Source: a virus (taxonomy: Duplodnaviria > Caudoviricetes). From it: a DNA stretch of 64,000 nt. The notes under the pieces are model-generated. The model was given only the letters and a program-made list of their open reading frames with translations, was not told the DNA's origin and did not search any database. A program made the position numbers and the translations under genes. This document shows positions 1 through 9,969 of the stretch, in pieces. Where the stretch lies: the IMG/VR virus record IMGVR_UViG_3300028887_000067, positions 224,001 to 288,000 of that record, one strand, 5' to 3'. How positions within the stretch are numbered: position 1 is the first letter of the stretch; the number at the start of each line of letters is the position of its first letter.

Positions 1-91
1 GAGACGAAGGAACCCAGCAACACGGCCAAGCTGCTATCCTGGATGAAGATCAACATCGACAATCTCATGAACTAACCGGTCGACTGATTTC

Positions 92-125
92 AAAAGCGGT
101 ACCGGGTCACCGGTGCCGTTTTTTG
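92..125 (+). terminator. Intrinsic terminator after a gene ending at 75
   Basis: GCGGTACCGG-gtca-CCGGTGCCGT stem plus T-tract. Confidence 0.7.
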
Positions 126-162
126 TTCGGTTTGCTATATTTTGCAGAAAAATGGAGACATT

Positions 163-543
163 ATGCAAAATAACCTGTATCAGAATCAGTTGAAAGTTTT
201 ATATTCGAAAACGGATACAATCTACGTGCTGGTCGGAGAGAACGACAGGTACTACGCCGAATCGTTCAATGAGCCGAGTGCCGAACACGCGCTCTACGCC
301 ACCGAGAACATAAGCGAGGCTACCAAGTTCTCTAGCGAGGCAGATGCCGAGCTGCTTATAACCCGCATAGCCTCGTTTCACATTTCGTCGGACGACGTTA
401 TAGCGAAGGTACGCCAGGAGTTTGTGTCCAAGTGCAAGCCGAAGGAGATCATACACGAGGAATGTTTCTCGGTGCGGGAAAAGGTTCTGCGTGTCCCTGT
501 AATGCAGGTTCCCCTCAAAATGGAATCGATAGCAAAAAGGTAG
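163..543 (+). CDS. Hypothetical protein
   Basis: TGCTATATTT at 133-142; GGAG RBS before ATG 163. Confidence 0.65.
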   Translation: MQNNLYQNQLKVLYSKTDTIYVLVGENDRYYAESFNEPSAEHALYATENISEATKFSSEADAELLITRIASFHISSDDVIAKVRQEFVSKCKPKEIIHEECFSVREKVLRVPVMQVPLKMESIAKR

Positions 544-569
544 CATTGACAGGATTGTGGACGCCGGCA

Positions 570-2273
570 TTACGTTGCCGCGTCAATCCACGTCGACATC
601 GACCGGCCTATCTTCTCGACGATGCCGGTAACCAGGGCGTTCCCCATGAGGAACGCTCTTTTAGTGTCCGTCACTCCCTCGGTGTGGTTGTCGGGGAACA
701 TGTTGAGCCGCTCCAGCTCGATTGGCATCAGCCTGCGGTAGCGACCCGACGGGGTCAGTATTACGTGCTTGAACCTGGACGGCGCCGTACCGCCTTCGCC
801 GGTGATGATAGTACGGGACGGCTTGCCTAGGTTGTCCGGAAACGCCATCGGGCCCTCGGTGTAGTTGTACTCGTATCCCTCGGAAGTCACTCGCTTCTCG
901 CATTTCCCGCCTTTCAGGTACTGCCATCTCGGTAGGTCCTTGCTGTCGATGAAGAACTCGGCCGGCACGTCCTTCTCGTCCACGAGAACGTCGCCGAGAG
1001 TTATGCTCGGCCCCACGTAGCACGAGTCGACATCCACGGTGGTCACAAGGCGGTCGCGTAGTATGCCCGCCGTGAGGAACGGGGAGGTCTTCTTCCCCTT
1101 GTTGAACTCGTCGGAGACCTTGACGAGATCATCATCGAGGGAGAATGCGTTCATCTTGGACTTTGCCGACGGCTTCGACTTGAACGCCGTGCCGATCACG
1201 CCGTTATATATGGCAACCTCGGCCGACTGGCTGCGCATCTTCGTGGCAAGGTCGCCGTCGTTCCTGTAGGCTACCATGTACGTCCGGCGCCGTCGTTGCG
1301 GCATCCCGTAGTCGGCCGCGTTGATGACTCTCCACTCAACATCGTAGCCGAGGTTGGCGAGAGAGGCGAGGATGATCGCGAAGTCGCGACCCCGCTGCTT
1401 TGCCGGGGATTTGAGGAGACGGTCTACGTTCTCGAATATGCAGTAGCTCGGTTTGTGCTTGCTGTCCTTGAGGATGCGGTAGATTTCCCACCAGAGTACA
1501 CCCTTCTTCCCCTCGATACCGCCGGAGCGGTTGAGAGTGGAAGCGACGCTGTAATCTTGGCAGTTATGGGTAATCATATGATTGGCGATGAACGAATGAG
1601 TATTTTCTACTTCAATGTCGTATACTTGGGCTTCGCCAGATTCAACAACGTTTACGACCTTGTCAAAATATTGTATTTGGTTGTCGTCAACACACGACAA
1701 GTAAATATCTTTATTTGCTGATTTAATTTCATCTACCGTTATCCATTCTAGTCCAAACGTGGCAAATCGGTGATTGCCAGTCGCAACGATGGTTATTCCG
1801 CTATCCAAAGTTAGGGTGTATACTTTCTTGATGCCTTGATCAAATACTTTTGTAACCGGCTGATAGGATTTGTCGTGCGACAACACCTTATCACCGACTA
1901 CAACTACTTTTAACGGAATCTGTCCACGATCTGTCCAGACTAAGGTGTCACCGGTAAGGCAAGGGAAACCTCCCACGACCATATCGGCTTCCGGAATCTG
2001 GTCTACGCCGACCTTGCATACGTCCTCGTTCGAGTGGCCTTTCTTGCCGAAACGAGCCACGTACACCTCGGAAGCGTCCTGCTTCTTGGTTGACGGCTCC
2101 CATTGGCTACTCCACACAGTCTTGAACCGGTCGGACGCACGTTCGAGACCGATGCGGAACCCGCCGACTCCCGCGAAGAGTTCGACTACGCGAACCGGGT
2201 CGCCGGAGTACGGCGCGGTCGCGGTTGGTTGGCTGTTCAGATAATTCTCTATGGCGGGGCAGTAATGTGGCAT
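570..2273 (-). CDS. DNA cytosine-5 methyltransferase, M.Sau3AI-like (probably GATC), containing an intein
   Basis: ELFAGVGGF (I), GGFP/CQDYS (IV, split), ENVDRLL (VI), QRRRR (VIII), LMGNA (X); the NQWEPS-like segment and GKKGVL/QRGRDF recall M.Sau3AI; start reassigned to ATG 2273. Confidence 0.92.
   Translation of the reverse strand: MPHYCPAIENYLNSQPTATAPYSGDPVRVVELFAGVGGFRIGLERASDRFKTVWSSQWEPSTKKQDASEVYVARFGKKGHSNEDVCKVGVDQIPEADMVVGGFPCLTGDTLVWTDRGQIPLKVVVVGDKVLSHDKSYQPVTKVFDQGIKKVYTLTLDSGITIVATGNHRFATFGLEWITVDEIKSANKDIYLSCVDDNQIQYFDKVVNVVESGEAQVYDIEVENTHSFIANHMITHNCQDYSVASTLNRSGGIEGKKGVLWWEIYRILKDSKHKPSYCIFENVDRLLKSPAKQRGRDFAIILASLANLGYDVEWRVINAADYGMPQRRRRTYMVAYRNDGDLATKMRSQSAEVAIYNGVIGTAFKSKPSAKSKMNAFSLDDDLVKVSDEFNKGKKTSPFLTAGILRDRLVTTVDVDSCYVGPSITLGDVLVDEKDVPAEFFIDSKDLPRWQYLKGGKCEKRVTSEGYEYNYTEGPMAFPDNLGKPSRTIITGEGGTAPSRFKHVILTPSGRYRRLMPIELERLNMFPDNHTEGVTDTKRAFLMGNALVTGIVEKIGRSMSTWIDAAT
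1563..1961 (-). mobile_element. Mini-intein, 133 aa, no homing endonuclease
   Basis: Starts CLTGDT, block B TGNH, block F VYDIEVENTHSF, ends THN followed by extein Cys; visibly more AT-rich than flanks. Confidence 0.93.
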
Positions 2274-2355
2274 TTTGGAGTCCTTCCGAAAGTGTTGCCA
2301 AAATATAGATCCGAGATGGTTGAAGTTCAAATTTCCCATGGCTATATTGATTCGC

Positions 2356-3096
2356 ATGAGGACAATTACAATCGAGCTCAAGGTCGACGACCGAGATGGA
2401 ATGCCTGACAACGACCGCCTTTGCGACGTACTGGGGACGTTGGGCAGCGACATCATCCGCGAAGTCGGAAACATTGCCAAGCCCGTGTGCATGCGGATAA
2501 ACGACGTCATGGTTTGGAGCAGGTTCATCCCGCTCCCGGCCCCGTTCAAGAATATCGACCTGTTCGACACGTTCTTCGACTCCCTGCGCGAGGATTACCC
2601 CGGCTTCAACGAGTGGTTCGAGCGAAAGCGGGACGCGACTGCGTACGTGGTTTTCGACGCATCCAACAAGCTGGCGGGTTTCCTCCATACCAAGGTCGAG
2701 GACGAAACCGAGGATTATTCCGATATCGGCGACCTGCCGCCGAAGCGACGTCTCAAGATATGCACGTTCAAGATATCCGAATCCGGTTGCGGCATCGGTT
2801 CGATGTTTATGCGCATCGTGGATTCGGAAGCGAAGCGCAACAAGGTGGACGAGACTTATTTCACTATCTACATGCGTACGCAGGGCCAGGTAGACCTGTG
2901 CCGTTTCATGGAACGTTACGGATTCCTATATTACGGCTACAGGAAGAATAAGGAATACGTGTTCCAGAGAAAGGAGAACCCAGATGGAAAAGGAAATATG
3001 GGGGTCGATGCCCCACCTGCCGCAGTGCATATCGGAGATGACGCCCGAGCAGCGGGCGTACGTGGAACGTTCCAAGGCGAGCCTACCGCGCCGTAG
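2356..3096 (+). CDS. GNAT acetyltransferase of the type seen in PIN-GNAT-ASCH loci
   Basis: FFDSLREDYPGFNEWF, LKICTFKI, GxGIGSMF, FMERYGF. Confidence 0.7.
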   Translation: MRTITIELKVDDRDGMPDNDRLCDVLGTLGSDIIREVGNIAKPVCMRINDVMVWSRFIPLPAPFKNIDLFDTFFDSLREDYPGFNEWFERKRDATAYVVFDASNKLAGFLHTKVEDETEDYSDIGDLPPKRRLKICTFKISESGCGIGSMFMRIVDSEAKRNKVDETYFTIYMRTQGQVDLCRFMERYGFLYYGYRKNKEYVFQRKENPDGKGNMGVDAPPAAVHIGDDARAAGVRGTFQGEPTAP

Positions 3097-3793
3097 CCCG
3101 AAACCGCCCGACCCCGACTACATCGACAAGGTCATCGACGGCGAAAAGGACATGACCACGTTGAAGCCGAGAAATATGAAACCGAGGAATACCTGGCGAA
3201 TGGGAGGATGCATAGCGAGCGTACCCGAGGACGACGAAGTCAGCGAGCGGTTATGTTTCGAGCAATTCCGGCGAGATTACAGGTTTATGCGACGCTTGAT
3301 GCGACTGGACCTACCGAGATACCGCGACGGGCGTCTCGACTATGAATCGCTATTCGGCCGGGACATAGCCGAGATTCGTGCCGAGGAGGCGCACGAGAAG
3401 GAACAGGAGCGTCTGGTCGACCAATGGCAGGCGCCTACCGTGGAGGATATCCTTGCTGTATGTTTCGACGCAATCGAAAAAATCTACATCAGGGAGCACA
3501 AGCACGTGTCGCGATCGCACACTAGGGCCGGCTACCAGCGGAATCTCGACAAGGAAAGGAACCGAATGAAAGGCGTATTCCTGGACAAGCTGGACGACTT
3601 CTGCTACACGATGAAATGCCCGAATAAACTGAAGCTGGTCTGCCGTGCGAAGATACTGGACACCTGGTGGATGGAGGCCTACGTGCCGCTCAAGACTATG
3701 CTCCAGAGCGTCGGCGTCGCTTTCGACGGCGAAAAGTTCTCCATCGGCGACCAGTCGATAAGCGTCGACTCTATATTGTCGGCGAAACGCTAA
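2984..3793 (+). CDS. Hypothetical protein
   Basis: GGAG RBS, 269-aa ORF. Confidence 0.6.
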   Translation: MEKEIWGSMPHLPQCISEMTPEQRAYVERSKASLPRRSPKPPDPDYIDKVIDGEKDMTTLKPRNMKPRNTWRMGGCIASVPEDDEVSERLCFEQFRRDYRFMRRLMRLDLPRYRDGRLDYESLFGRDIAEIRAEEAHEKEQERLVDQWQAPTVEDILAVCFDAIEKIYIREHKHVSRSHTRAGYQRNLDKERNRMKGVFLDKLDDFCYTMKCPNKLKLVCRAKILDTWWMEAYVPLKTMLQSVGVAFDGEKFSIGDQSISVDSILSAKR

Positions 3794-4467
3794 ATCGTTG
3801 CCCCGGACATGACCATATAGTGTATCTCGACCTTCGTCGCGGTATACACCTTCAGCTTCCTGAGACGGGCCCACAGCCCGAAAATGTGTTCTGCCAGATA
3901 CCCGTCTATCCGGAAGTTGCTCTCGTCGATTCCGTGGAACTCGTCGAACAGCCGCAGTTTTGGGAACAGCCACTCGCAGTATTCGGCCATCAGTTCGCGG
4001 CGGGCGATGAACATGTTGCACTGCCGGAGAGTGCGCTCGCCCATGTAGGATAACAGCATCTTTCCGAGGCCGTCGTACTTCTCGTCAAGTATGTCCGCCC
4101 AGGCGAGCAGGTCGTCTATCTTTCCGGCCCGGATGAAATACTTGTACGCGCTGAAACCCTTGACGTGGGTGTAGTTGCACATTATGATGTCGTGCGTCTT
4201 CAATATTTCGGACGCCTCGTCCAGCGTCATCCTCGTCTTGTTGTGCTTCGGGGAGGCGAAGAATCTCCTGTAGTGCTCGAGGCCGACTATTTCCGACGTG
4301 GAGTGCTTCCACATATGGTAAAGGCCGGTCAGCTCGCAGTACCATTTGTTGAGAAAGTCGATATTGTCGCCGTCGTGCGGAACGTCCACGAGAAACTTCT
4401 CGCGCCCCGCATCCAGTTCGGGAAACATGTTCTTCGACGACCCGACTACGTATATGCTCATATTCAA
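3790..4467 (-). CDS. DUF4422/GT111-like glycosyltransferase (galactofuranosyltransferase family)
   Basis: GDNI..LN.WYCELTGLY, VGLEHYRRFF, CNMFIA, YCEWLF, RIDGYLAE. Confidence 0.85.
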   Translation of the reverse strand: MNMSIYVVGSSKNMFPELDAGREKFLVDVPHDGDNIDFLNKWYCELTGLYHMWKHSTSEIVGLEHYRRFFASPKHNKTRMTLDEASEILKTHDIIMCNYTHVKGFSAYKYFIRAGKIDDLLAWADILDEKYDGLGKMLLSYMGERTLRQCNMFIARRELMAEYCEWLFPKLRLFDEFHGIDESNFRIDGYLAEHIFGLWARLRKLKVYTATKVEIHYMVMSGATI

Positions 4468-4470
4468 TTC

Positions 4471-5145
4471 CTATCTGAAGTTCTGCTTGAGCTTGCCGGC
4501 AATCCAGTTTATGTCGAGCATCAGCGACATGAAGTCGACCTGCGTCGGGTCCATGAACCAGAACGGGCGTATGTGATGCTTCAGCGAGACGTGCGTCCGG
4601 TTGTCCATATAGTAGACTGTCCTGTAGTAGGCGAGGAGCACCCTGACGAGCGGAATGGATTCCGAGTCCGTGTTCAGGATAAGAACCTTGTCGGTGATCG
4701 ATTCCCTGTTATCGAGTACGCAACAGGTGTGCGACCCGCAGAAAATCTGGTGATACGCCGTCGTCGGGACGCTCATCGCGCCGCCGAATAGGCATTCCAT
4801 ATCGGCGCCGTGTTTCTCCCTGCCGGTGAACAGCGACTTGCAGCTGATGACGCAGGGGCGGTCGAATGTATAGTACGACAGGTCGTGCTTGCCGTCTTCG
4901 CTCCGGTAGTCGACTTTCCTGAAGTGGCTCGACGACCATTCCATGCCGGCCGTAGTGAGCATTAGCGGAGCCGCCTGCGTACAGGCGAACTCGGTAGTCC
5001 AATGGTGCTCGTTTTGCTTGTAGCCCAGGTACAGAGGAACTCCCTCGAACACGTGGAAGTGGCTCCCGTCGGTAGGACGGACCAGGTCGGGCCTGTTGTT
5101 GACGTTGACGACGAAATTGTAGACCATATTTTTGAAATTAGTCAT
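4471..5145 (-). CDS. Hypothetical protein upstream of the GT111-like gene
   Basis: 224-aa ORF coupled to the GT gene; weak KVLILNTDS similarity to SGNH/AlgX-like proteins. Confidence 0.55.
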   Translation of the reverse strand: MTNFKNMVYNFVVNVNNRPDLVRPTDGSHFHVFEGVPLYLGYKQNEHHWTTEFACTQAAPLMLTTAGMEWSSSHFRKVDYRSEDGKHDLSYYTFDRPCVISCKSLFTGREKHGADMECLFGGAMSVPTTAYHQIFCGSHTCCVLDNRESITDKVLILNTDSESIPLVRVLLAYYRTVYYMDNRTHVSLKHHIRPFWFMDPTQVDFMSLMLDINWIAGKLKQNFR

Positions 5146-5226
5146 TTTGTTGTCGCCGAACTTGAAAAATGCTATAATTTATGTTGGACGGCAACGGTGC
5201 CGTACTTTGATCAAAGGAAAAACACT

Positions 5227-5892
5227 ATGGGAATTCTTAATACCCTCAAAAAAATTCTCCACATCGGCGCGGTCGTCGTCGATGATGGTCTCAACAAACT
5301 CATTAGCGTTGAACTCCAGCTGAAGGCGGTCGAGAAGGATACTATCGACGCCTTGGACAAGCAGGCCCAGAACGCTGTGAAGCTCAACGCCGCGAAGATC
5401 GAGTTCGACCGCAACTATGACAAGGCCAAGCAGGAACTTACCCGCATGAAGACCTCGTGCGAAGTACTGAAGAACAATCTTGTCAAGCAAGGCAAGAACC
5501 CGAACGAAGACGAGGATATGCAGCTCGCCGCAGCCACCTACGTCGAGCAGAAGAAGCTCGTTGACGAGATGGCTAACCAGAAGGAAAGCATGGACACCAT
5601 GATCAAGCGCGTTGACAAGATCCTCAAGCATCTCAAGCTCAACAAGAGCGTGATCAATATGAAGGCCACCATGCTCCGTCAGAAGATCACGATGTACCAG
5701 AACCAGGCCCTCATCAGCGAATCTGGCATGATCGACATCAACAACACGTTCAGCGAAATCGACGGCATTGTCCAGAAGATGCAGGACGAGCAGCAGGCAG
5801 CCCAGCGCGTCGACGCAATCGTCAACGGCCGCGACACCGCTCAGGTCGCCAACGATGCCGACGTCATGAACTTCATCGACAGCTTGTCCTAA
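5227..5892 (+). CDS. PspA/IM30-like coiled-coil protein
   Basis: 221 aa, MGILNTLKKIL amphipathic N-terminus, long heptad helices; TGCTATAAT upstream, AAGGA RBS. Confidence 0.6.
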   Translation: MGILNTLKKILHIGAVVVDDGLNKLISVELQLKAVEKDTIDALDKQAQNAVKLNAAKIEFDRNYDKAKQELTRMKTSCEVLKNNLVKQGKNPNEDEDMQLAAATYVEQKKLVDEMANQKESMDTMIKRVDKILKHLKLNKSVINMKATMLRQKITMYQNQALISESGMIDINNTFSEIDGIVQKMQDEQQAAQRVDAIVNGRDTAQVANDADVMNFIDSLS

Positions 5893-5918
5893 TCAGGCAG
5901 GAAACTCCGTTATCCCCT

Positions 5919-5947
5919 AAGTGTCGCCTCCGGGCGACACTTTTTTC
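5919..5947 (+). terminator. Intrinsic terminator
   Basis: GTGTCGCC-tccg-GGCGACAC plus T-tract. Confidence 0.85.
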
Positions 5948-5969
5948 TATTTTTTTTTACAAAAAGCTA

Positions 5970-5998
5970 TTGACGATGATGATTTTGTATGCTATAAT
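5970..5998 (+). promoter_or_regulatory. Sigma70-type promoter of the ATPase-terD operon
   Basis: TTGACG-17 nt-TATAAT with extended TG. Confidence 0.85.
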
Positions 5999-6045
5999 TA
6001 TTGCGGCGTCCAACCCCGGCCGCCACAACTATATGGATATACAAT

Positions 6046-8682
6046 ATGCAGCTTAACGGATTGACTTCGAATGAAGTTACTCAGTCTCGTGCCAAATTCG
6101 GCACGAACCAGATTCCGGATACGGAACCGACCACCTTCTGGGCGGAGTTCAAGGAGTCCTTCAGCGACCCGATGATTCGTATCCTCCTCGCCATCGCAGG
6201 CCTTATGCTTGCCTTGTGGGTGGCTAAGTTCATCTTCCCCAACGCCGGCATCGAGCAGACCATCTACGAGCCGATCGGCACCATGGTGGCAGTCCTCCTC
6301 GTGGCGACGATTTCCGCGAAGACGGCGGTTTCGTCCGACGGCAAGTACCGCGACCTCAAGAACCGTACCGAAAAGGACAAGGCCAAGGTGATCCGCGACG
6401 GATCCACGCAGACCGTCGACTTTGACGACGTGGTTGTCGATGACATCGTCCACCTGCAGTCCGGCGACAAGATTCCCGCAGACGGCACCCTCATTCAGGG
6501 CGAACTTCGCGTCGACAACTCCGCGCTCAACGGTGAAGCCGAGGAATGTCACAAGGAAGCCGACGAGAACGGCGTAATTCCCGAAGAAATTACCGGCGAC
6601 ACGTTCGTCGACAAGTCTTCCCTCTTCCGTGGCGCCATCGTGTACGACGGCGACGGCTTCATGAAGGTCCAGAAAGTTGGCCTCAAGACTATGATGGGCA
6701 AGATGGCCGAGGAAATGTCCGGCGACGAACCGGATTCCCCACTCAAGACCAAGCTCGCCAAGCTCGCTAACCAGATTTCCGTTTTCGGCTACATTTCCGC
6801 AGCTCTTATCGTTATCCTCTACCTCGTTACCGGCATCCTCAGCGCGGGCGGCGTGGGCGAGTTCGTCGATATGGGATGGCAACACGTGCTCAACACCTTC
6901 ATCCGTGCAGCAGACCTCGCTATCCTTATCGTGGTATGCGCCGTGCCCGAAGGCCTGCCGTTGATGATTTCCCTCGTGTTGATGCAGAATACCTCCAAGC
7001 TTCTCGACCATAACGTCCTGGTGCGCAAGGCACAGGGCATTGAGACGGCCGGCGCGGTAAATATCCAGTTCTCCGACAAGACCGGAACCATTACCAAGGG
7101 CAACCTCGAGGTTGTCGAGCTCTTTGACGGCAAGGGAAATTCCACTGGGATGTCGGATAAGCTCATCAATTGCATCGCCCGCAACACCCAGTCCACTTTT
7201 GACCGCAAGGGCGCCGTCATCGGTGGCAATGCCACTGAACACGCACTTATGAATTATATCGGCATGGACAACTACCACGGATGCTCCGTCGGTGTTACCG
7301 CCATGCAGGGATTCAACTCCGCCAACAAGTTCTCCCAGGCCAAGCTCGCCGACGGCACCCTCGTGTACAAGGGAGCCCCCGAAAAGATTCTCGCCAAGTG
7401 TACCAAGTTCATGGACATGAACGGCAACATTGACGACGTCGACATGAATGCGATCAACGCCAAGATTGATGAAATGGCCAACAAGGCTATGCGCATGCTC
7501 GCTTTCGCGTACTGCGACGCCGAACTTGAAGAAAACGTCATCCACGACAACCTGACTCTCATCGCCGTCGCCGCCATCCGTGACGACGTCCGCCCTGAAG
7601 CCAAGGCTGCTATCGAGGCCATGCAGAACGCCGGAATCCAGGTCGTGATGATTACTGGTGACCGTCTCGAGACGGCCCGCGCAATCGCCAAGGACGCTGG
7701 ACTCGTCAAGAGCACCAAGGATATAGTCCTCTCTTCTTCCGACCTCGCCACGATGTCCGACGACGATGTCAAGAAGATTCTCAAGGATATCCGCGTTATC
7801 GCCCGTGCCCTCCCGACCGACAAGTCCCGCATGGTCCGCATTTCCCAGGAAATGGGCCTCGTCTGCGGTATGACGGGTGACGGCGTCAACGACTCTCCCG
7901 CACTGAAGCGTGCCGACGTCGGTTTCGCTATGGGTTCCGGTACGGAAGCCGCCAAGGAAGCGGGCGACCTGATCATCCTCGACGACAACTTCAACTCCAT
8001 CAAGGATGCAGTGTGGTTCGGTCGTACGATTTTTCACAACATCCTGAAGTTCGTCAAGTTCCAGCTTACCATTAACGTCGCCGCAGTCGGTGTGACCCTC
8101 CTCGCACCGCTCTTCGGTTGCGAACCTCCCCTTACCGTTGTCCACCTCCTTTTCGTTAACCTTGTGATGGACGGCCTCGGATCCATAATGCTCGGTTCCG
8201 AACCCGCTCTCCCGAAGTATATGACAGAGAAGCCGCGCAACCGCGAAGACTCCATCATCGACAAGTCCATGGTCGGCTCCGTAATTATTCCGGCTGTCTG
8301 GATTATCGCTCTCGGATTCGTGTTCCTCAAGGTTCCGTTCTTCACGACCCGTTTCGACTCCGTCCTCCAGATGAACACGGCATTCTTCGCGTTCTTTATC
8401 TGGAGCGCACTCTGGAACGGATTCAACGTGCGTTCCGACCGCTTCGCCATCTTCTCGCGTTTGGCTGAAAATCCGGGTTTCCTGAAGGTGCTCGTAATCA
8501 TCGCTTTTGTGCAGGCCTTGATCATCAATGTCGGCGTGCTCAATAACCCGGTGTGCCAGACGATTTCCAAGATGTTCAGCTGCATCCCGTTCGGCTTCAC
8601 CGAATGGTTGATTATCGCGGTGCTCTCGTTCACAATCATCCCAGTGGCATCCGTTGCCAAGCTGGCTCTCGCAAGGAAATAG
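6046..8682 (+). CDS. P2-type cation (probably Ca2+) translocating P-type ATPase
   Basis: VPEGL, DKTGT, KGAPE, MITGD, TGDGVNDSPAL, many TM helices; TGES appears as NGEA. Confidence 0.93.
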   Translation: MQLNGLTSNEVTQSRAKFGTNQIPDTEPTTFWAEFKESFSDPMIRILLAIAGLMLALWVAKFIFPNAGIEQTIYEPIGTMVAVLLVATISAKTAVSSDGKYRDLKNRTEKDKAKVIRDGSTQTVDFDDVVVDDIVHLQSGDKIPADGTLIQGELRVDNSALNGEAEECHKEADENGVIPEEITGDTFVDKSSLFRGAIVYDGDGFMKVQKVGLKTMMGKMAEEMSGDEPDSPLKTKLAKLANQISVFGYISAALIVILYLVTGILSAGGVGEFVDMGWQHVLNTFIRAADLAILIVVCAVPEGLPLMISLVLMQNTSKLLDHNVLVRKAQGIETAGAVNIQFSDKTGTITKGNLEVVELFDGKGNSTGMSDKLINCIARNTQSTFDRKGAVIGGNATEHALMNYIGMDNYHGCSVGVTAMQGFNSANKFSQAKLADGTLVYKGAPEKILAKCTKFMDMNGNIDDVDMNAINAKIDEMANKAMRMLAFAYCDAELEENVIHDNLTLIAVAAIRDDVRPEAKAAIEAMQNAGIQVVMITGDRLETARAIAKDAGLVKSTKDIVLSSSDLATMSDDDVKKILKDIRVIARALPTDKSRMVRISQEMGLVCGMTGDGVNDSPALKRADVGFAMGSGTEAAKEAGDLIILDDNFNSIKDAVWFGRTIFHNILKFVKFQLTINVAAVGVTLLAPLFGCEPPLTVVHLLFVNLVMDGLGSIMLGSEPALPKYMTEKPRNREDSIIDKSMVGSVIIPAVWIIALGFVFLKVPFFTTRFDSVLQMNTAFFAFFIWSALWNGFNVRSDRFAIFSRLAENPGFLKVLVIIAFVQALIINVGVLNNPVCQTISKMFSCIPFGFTEWLIIAVLSFTIIPVASVAKLALARK

Positions 8683-8685
8683 CAT

Positions 8686-9393
8686 ATGCTTTCACTCTCT
8701 AAGGGCGGTTCCCTCAACCTCTCCAAGGAATCCGACGGCCTCACCCATATCTTCCTCGGCATGGGTTGGGCTATCAAGGACAAGAATAGCAAGGAGACCT
8801 ACACCGAGGAAGTCCCGGTCAAGTCTATCGGCAACCTGTTCCGCTCGATTTTCGGCGGCTCGCTCGTCACCAAGACCGTCACCCGTACGCGCAGGGGCCC
8901 CACTTCCCCGTTCGAATACGACCTTGACGCGTCTTGCGCCCTCATCAACCTCGATGGCAGGTGCAATAACTCCGACCTGATCTACTTCAACCACAAGAAC
9001 CACTCGTCCGGAGCGGTCGCGCACGGTGGCGACAACCTCACCGGCAGTGACGGCAACAAAGACGACGAAGTCATCGATGTCCGTCTGGACAAGGTCCCGA
9101 ACAACATCAAGACCATCGTGTTCTTCATGAACATCTACCAGGCGTCCTCCCGCAAGCAGTCCTTCAAGGACCTCACCAAGGCATACATCCGTATTGTCAA
9201 TGCCGACGGGAACGCCGAGCTCTGCCGTTACGACCTTACCGACCTGAGCCCCAATGACACCGCTCTTATTCTCGGCAAGCTCGAACGCCAGAATTCCGAA
9301 TGGGTGTTCACGGCGGTCGGCGAGTCCCTTACGGCCGATTACCCGAGCGAGGTGGTCGGCAAGCTCAAGAAATTCATCAACAACAAGAGGTAA
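8686..9393 (+). CDS. terD: TerD-family protein
   Basis: LSLSKG, GMGW, DLDASC, GDNLTG..DDE, NIY. Confidence 0.9.
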   Translation: MLSLSKGGSLNLSKESDGLTHIFLGMGWAIKDKNSKETYTEEVPVKSIGNLFRSIFGGSLVTKTVTRTRRGPTSPFEYDLDASCALINLDGRCNNSDLIYFNHKNHSSGAVAHGGDNLTGSDGNKDDEVIDVRLDKVPNNIKTIVFFMNIYQASSRKQSFKDLTKAYIRIVNADGNAELCRYDLTDLSPNDTALILGKLERQNSEWVFTAVGESLTADYPSEVVGKLKKFINNKR

Positions 9394-9399
9394 ATCATC

Positions 9400-9963
9400 A
9401 TGATCAATCTTACCAAAGGCGAAAACCACGCACTCGACAAAAACACTCAGACGGCCCTGATCGGTCTCGGTTGGGACATCAAGTCCGGCGCAGGCGACAA
9501 CTTCGACCTCGACGCTGCGGCTTTCCTCCTTGATGACAAGGGTCATCTCGCGAGTGACGGCGACTTCATCTTCTTCAACAACAAGAAGCACTCGTCCGGC
9601 GCGGTCGTGCATTCCGGTGACAACCTCACCGGCGAAGGCGACGGCGACGACGAGCAGATCAAGATCGACTTCAGCAAGATGCCGGCCAACATTGCCCGTA
9701 TTGCCATCGTGGTCAACATCTACCAGGCCGCCGCACGCCACCAGAACTTCGGCCAGGTCAACAACGCCTTCGTGCGTCTCGTCGACACTACCGGCGGAAA
9801 GAACTCCGAAGAGTTCCGCTTCGACCTCACCGAGGACTACTCCGGATTCACCGCAATCCGCGTGGCCGACATCTATCGCCACAATGACGAATGGAAGATG
9901 AAGGCCGTGGGCGAGGGTTCCAACAACGACCTCGGCGCGTACGCCACTTCGTTCAAGGGGTAA
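9400..9963 (+). CDS. terD: TerD-family protein
   Basis: GLGWD, FDLDAAA, HSGDNLTGEGDGDDEQI, QNFGQV, WKMKAVG. Confidence 0.93.
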   Translation: MINLTKGENHALDKNTQTALIGLGWDIKSGAGDNFDLDAAAFLLDDKGHLASDGDFIFFNNKKHSSGAVVHSGDNLTGEGDGDDEQIKIDFSKMPANIARIAIVVNIYQAAARHQNFGQVNNAFVRLVDTTGGKNSEEFRFDLTEDYSGFTAIRVADIYRHNDEWKMKAVGEGSNNDLGAYATSFKG

Positions 9964-9969
9964 TTGTCA

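Noticed and set aside
2274-2570. 99-aa N-terminal extension of the methyltransferase in the ORF track
   Set aside because: Overlaps the divergent GNAT gene; the promoter box and spacing favour ATG 2273
5998-8685. 895-aa minus-strand ORF and similar long shadow ORFs (8692-9882, 38055-39431, 53698-55629, 57290-58267, 59216-60259)
   Set aside because: They are antisense or alternate-frame shadows of clear genes, expected from biased codon usage, and show no motifs
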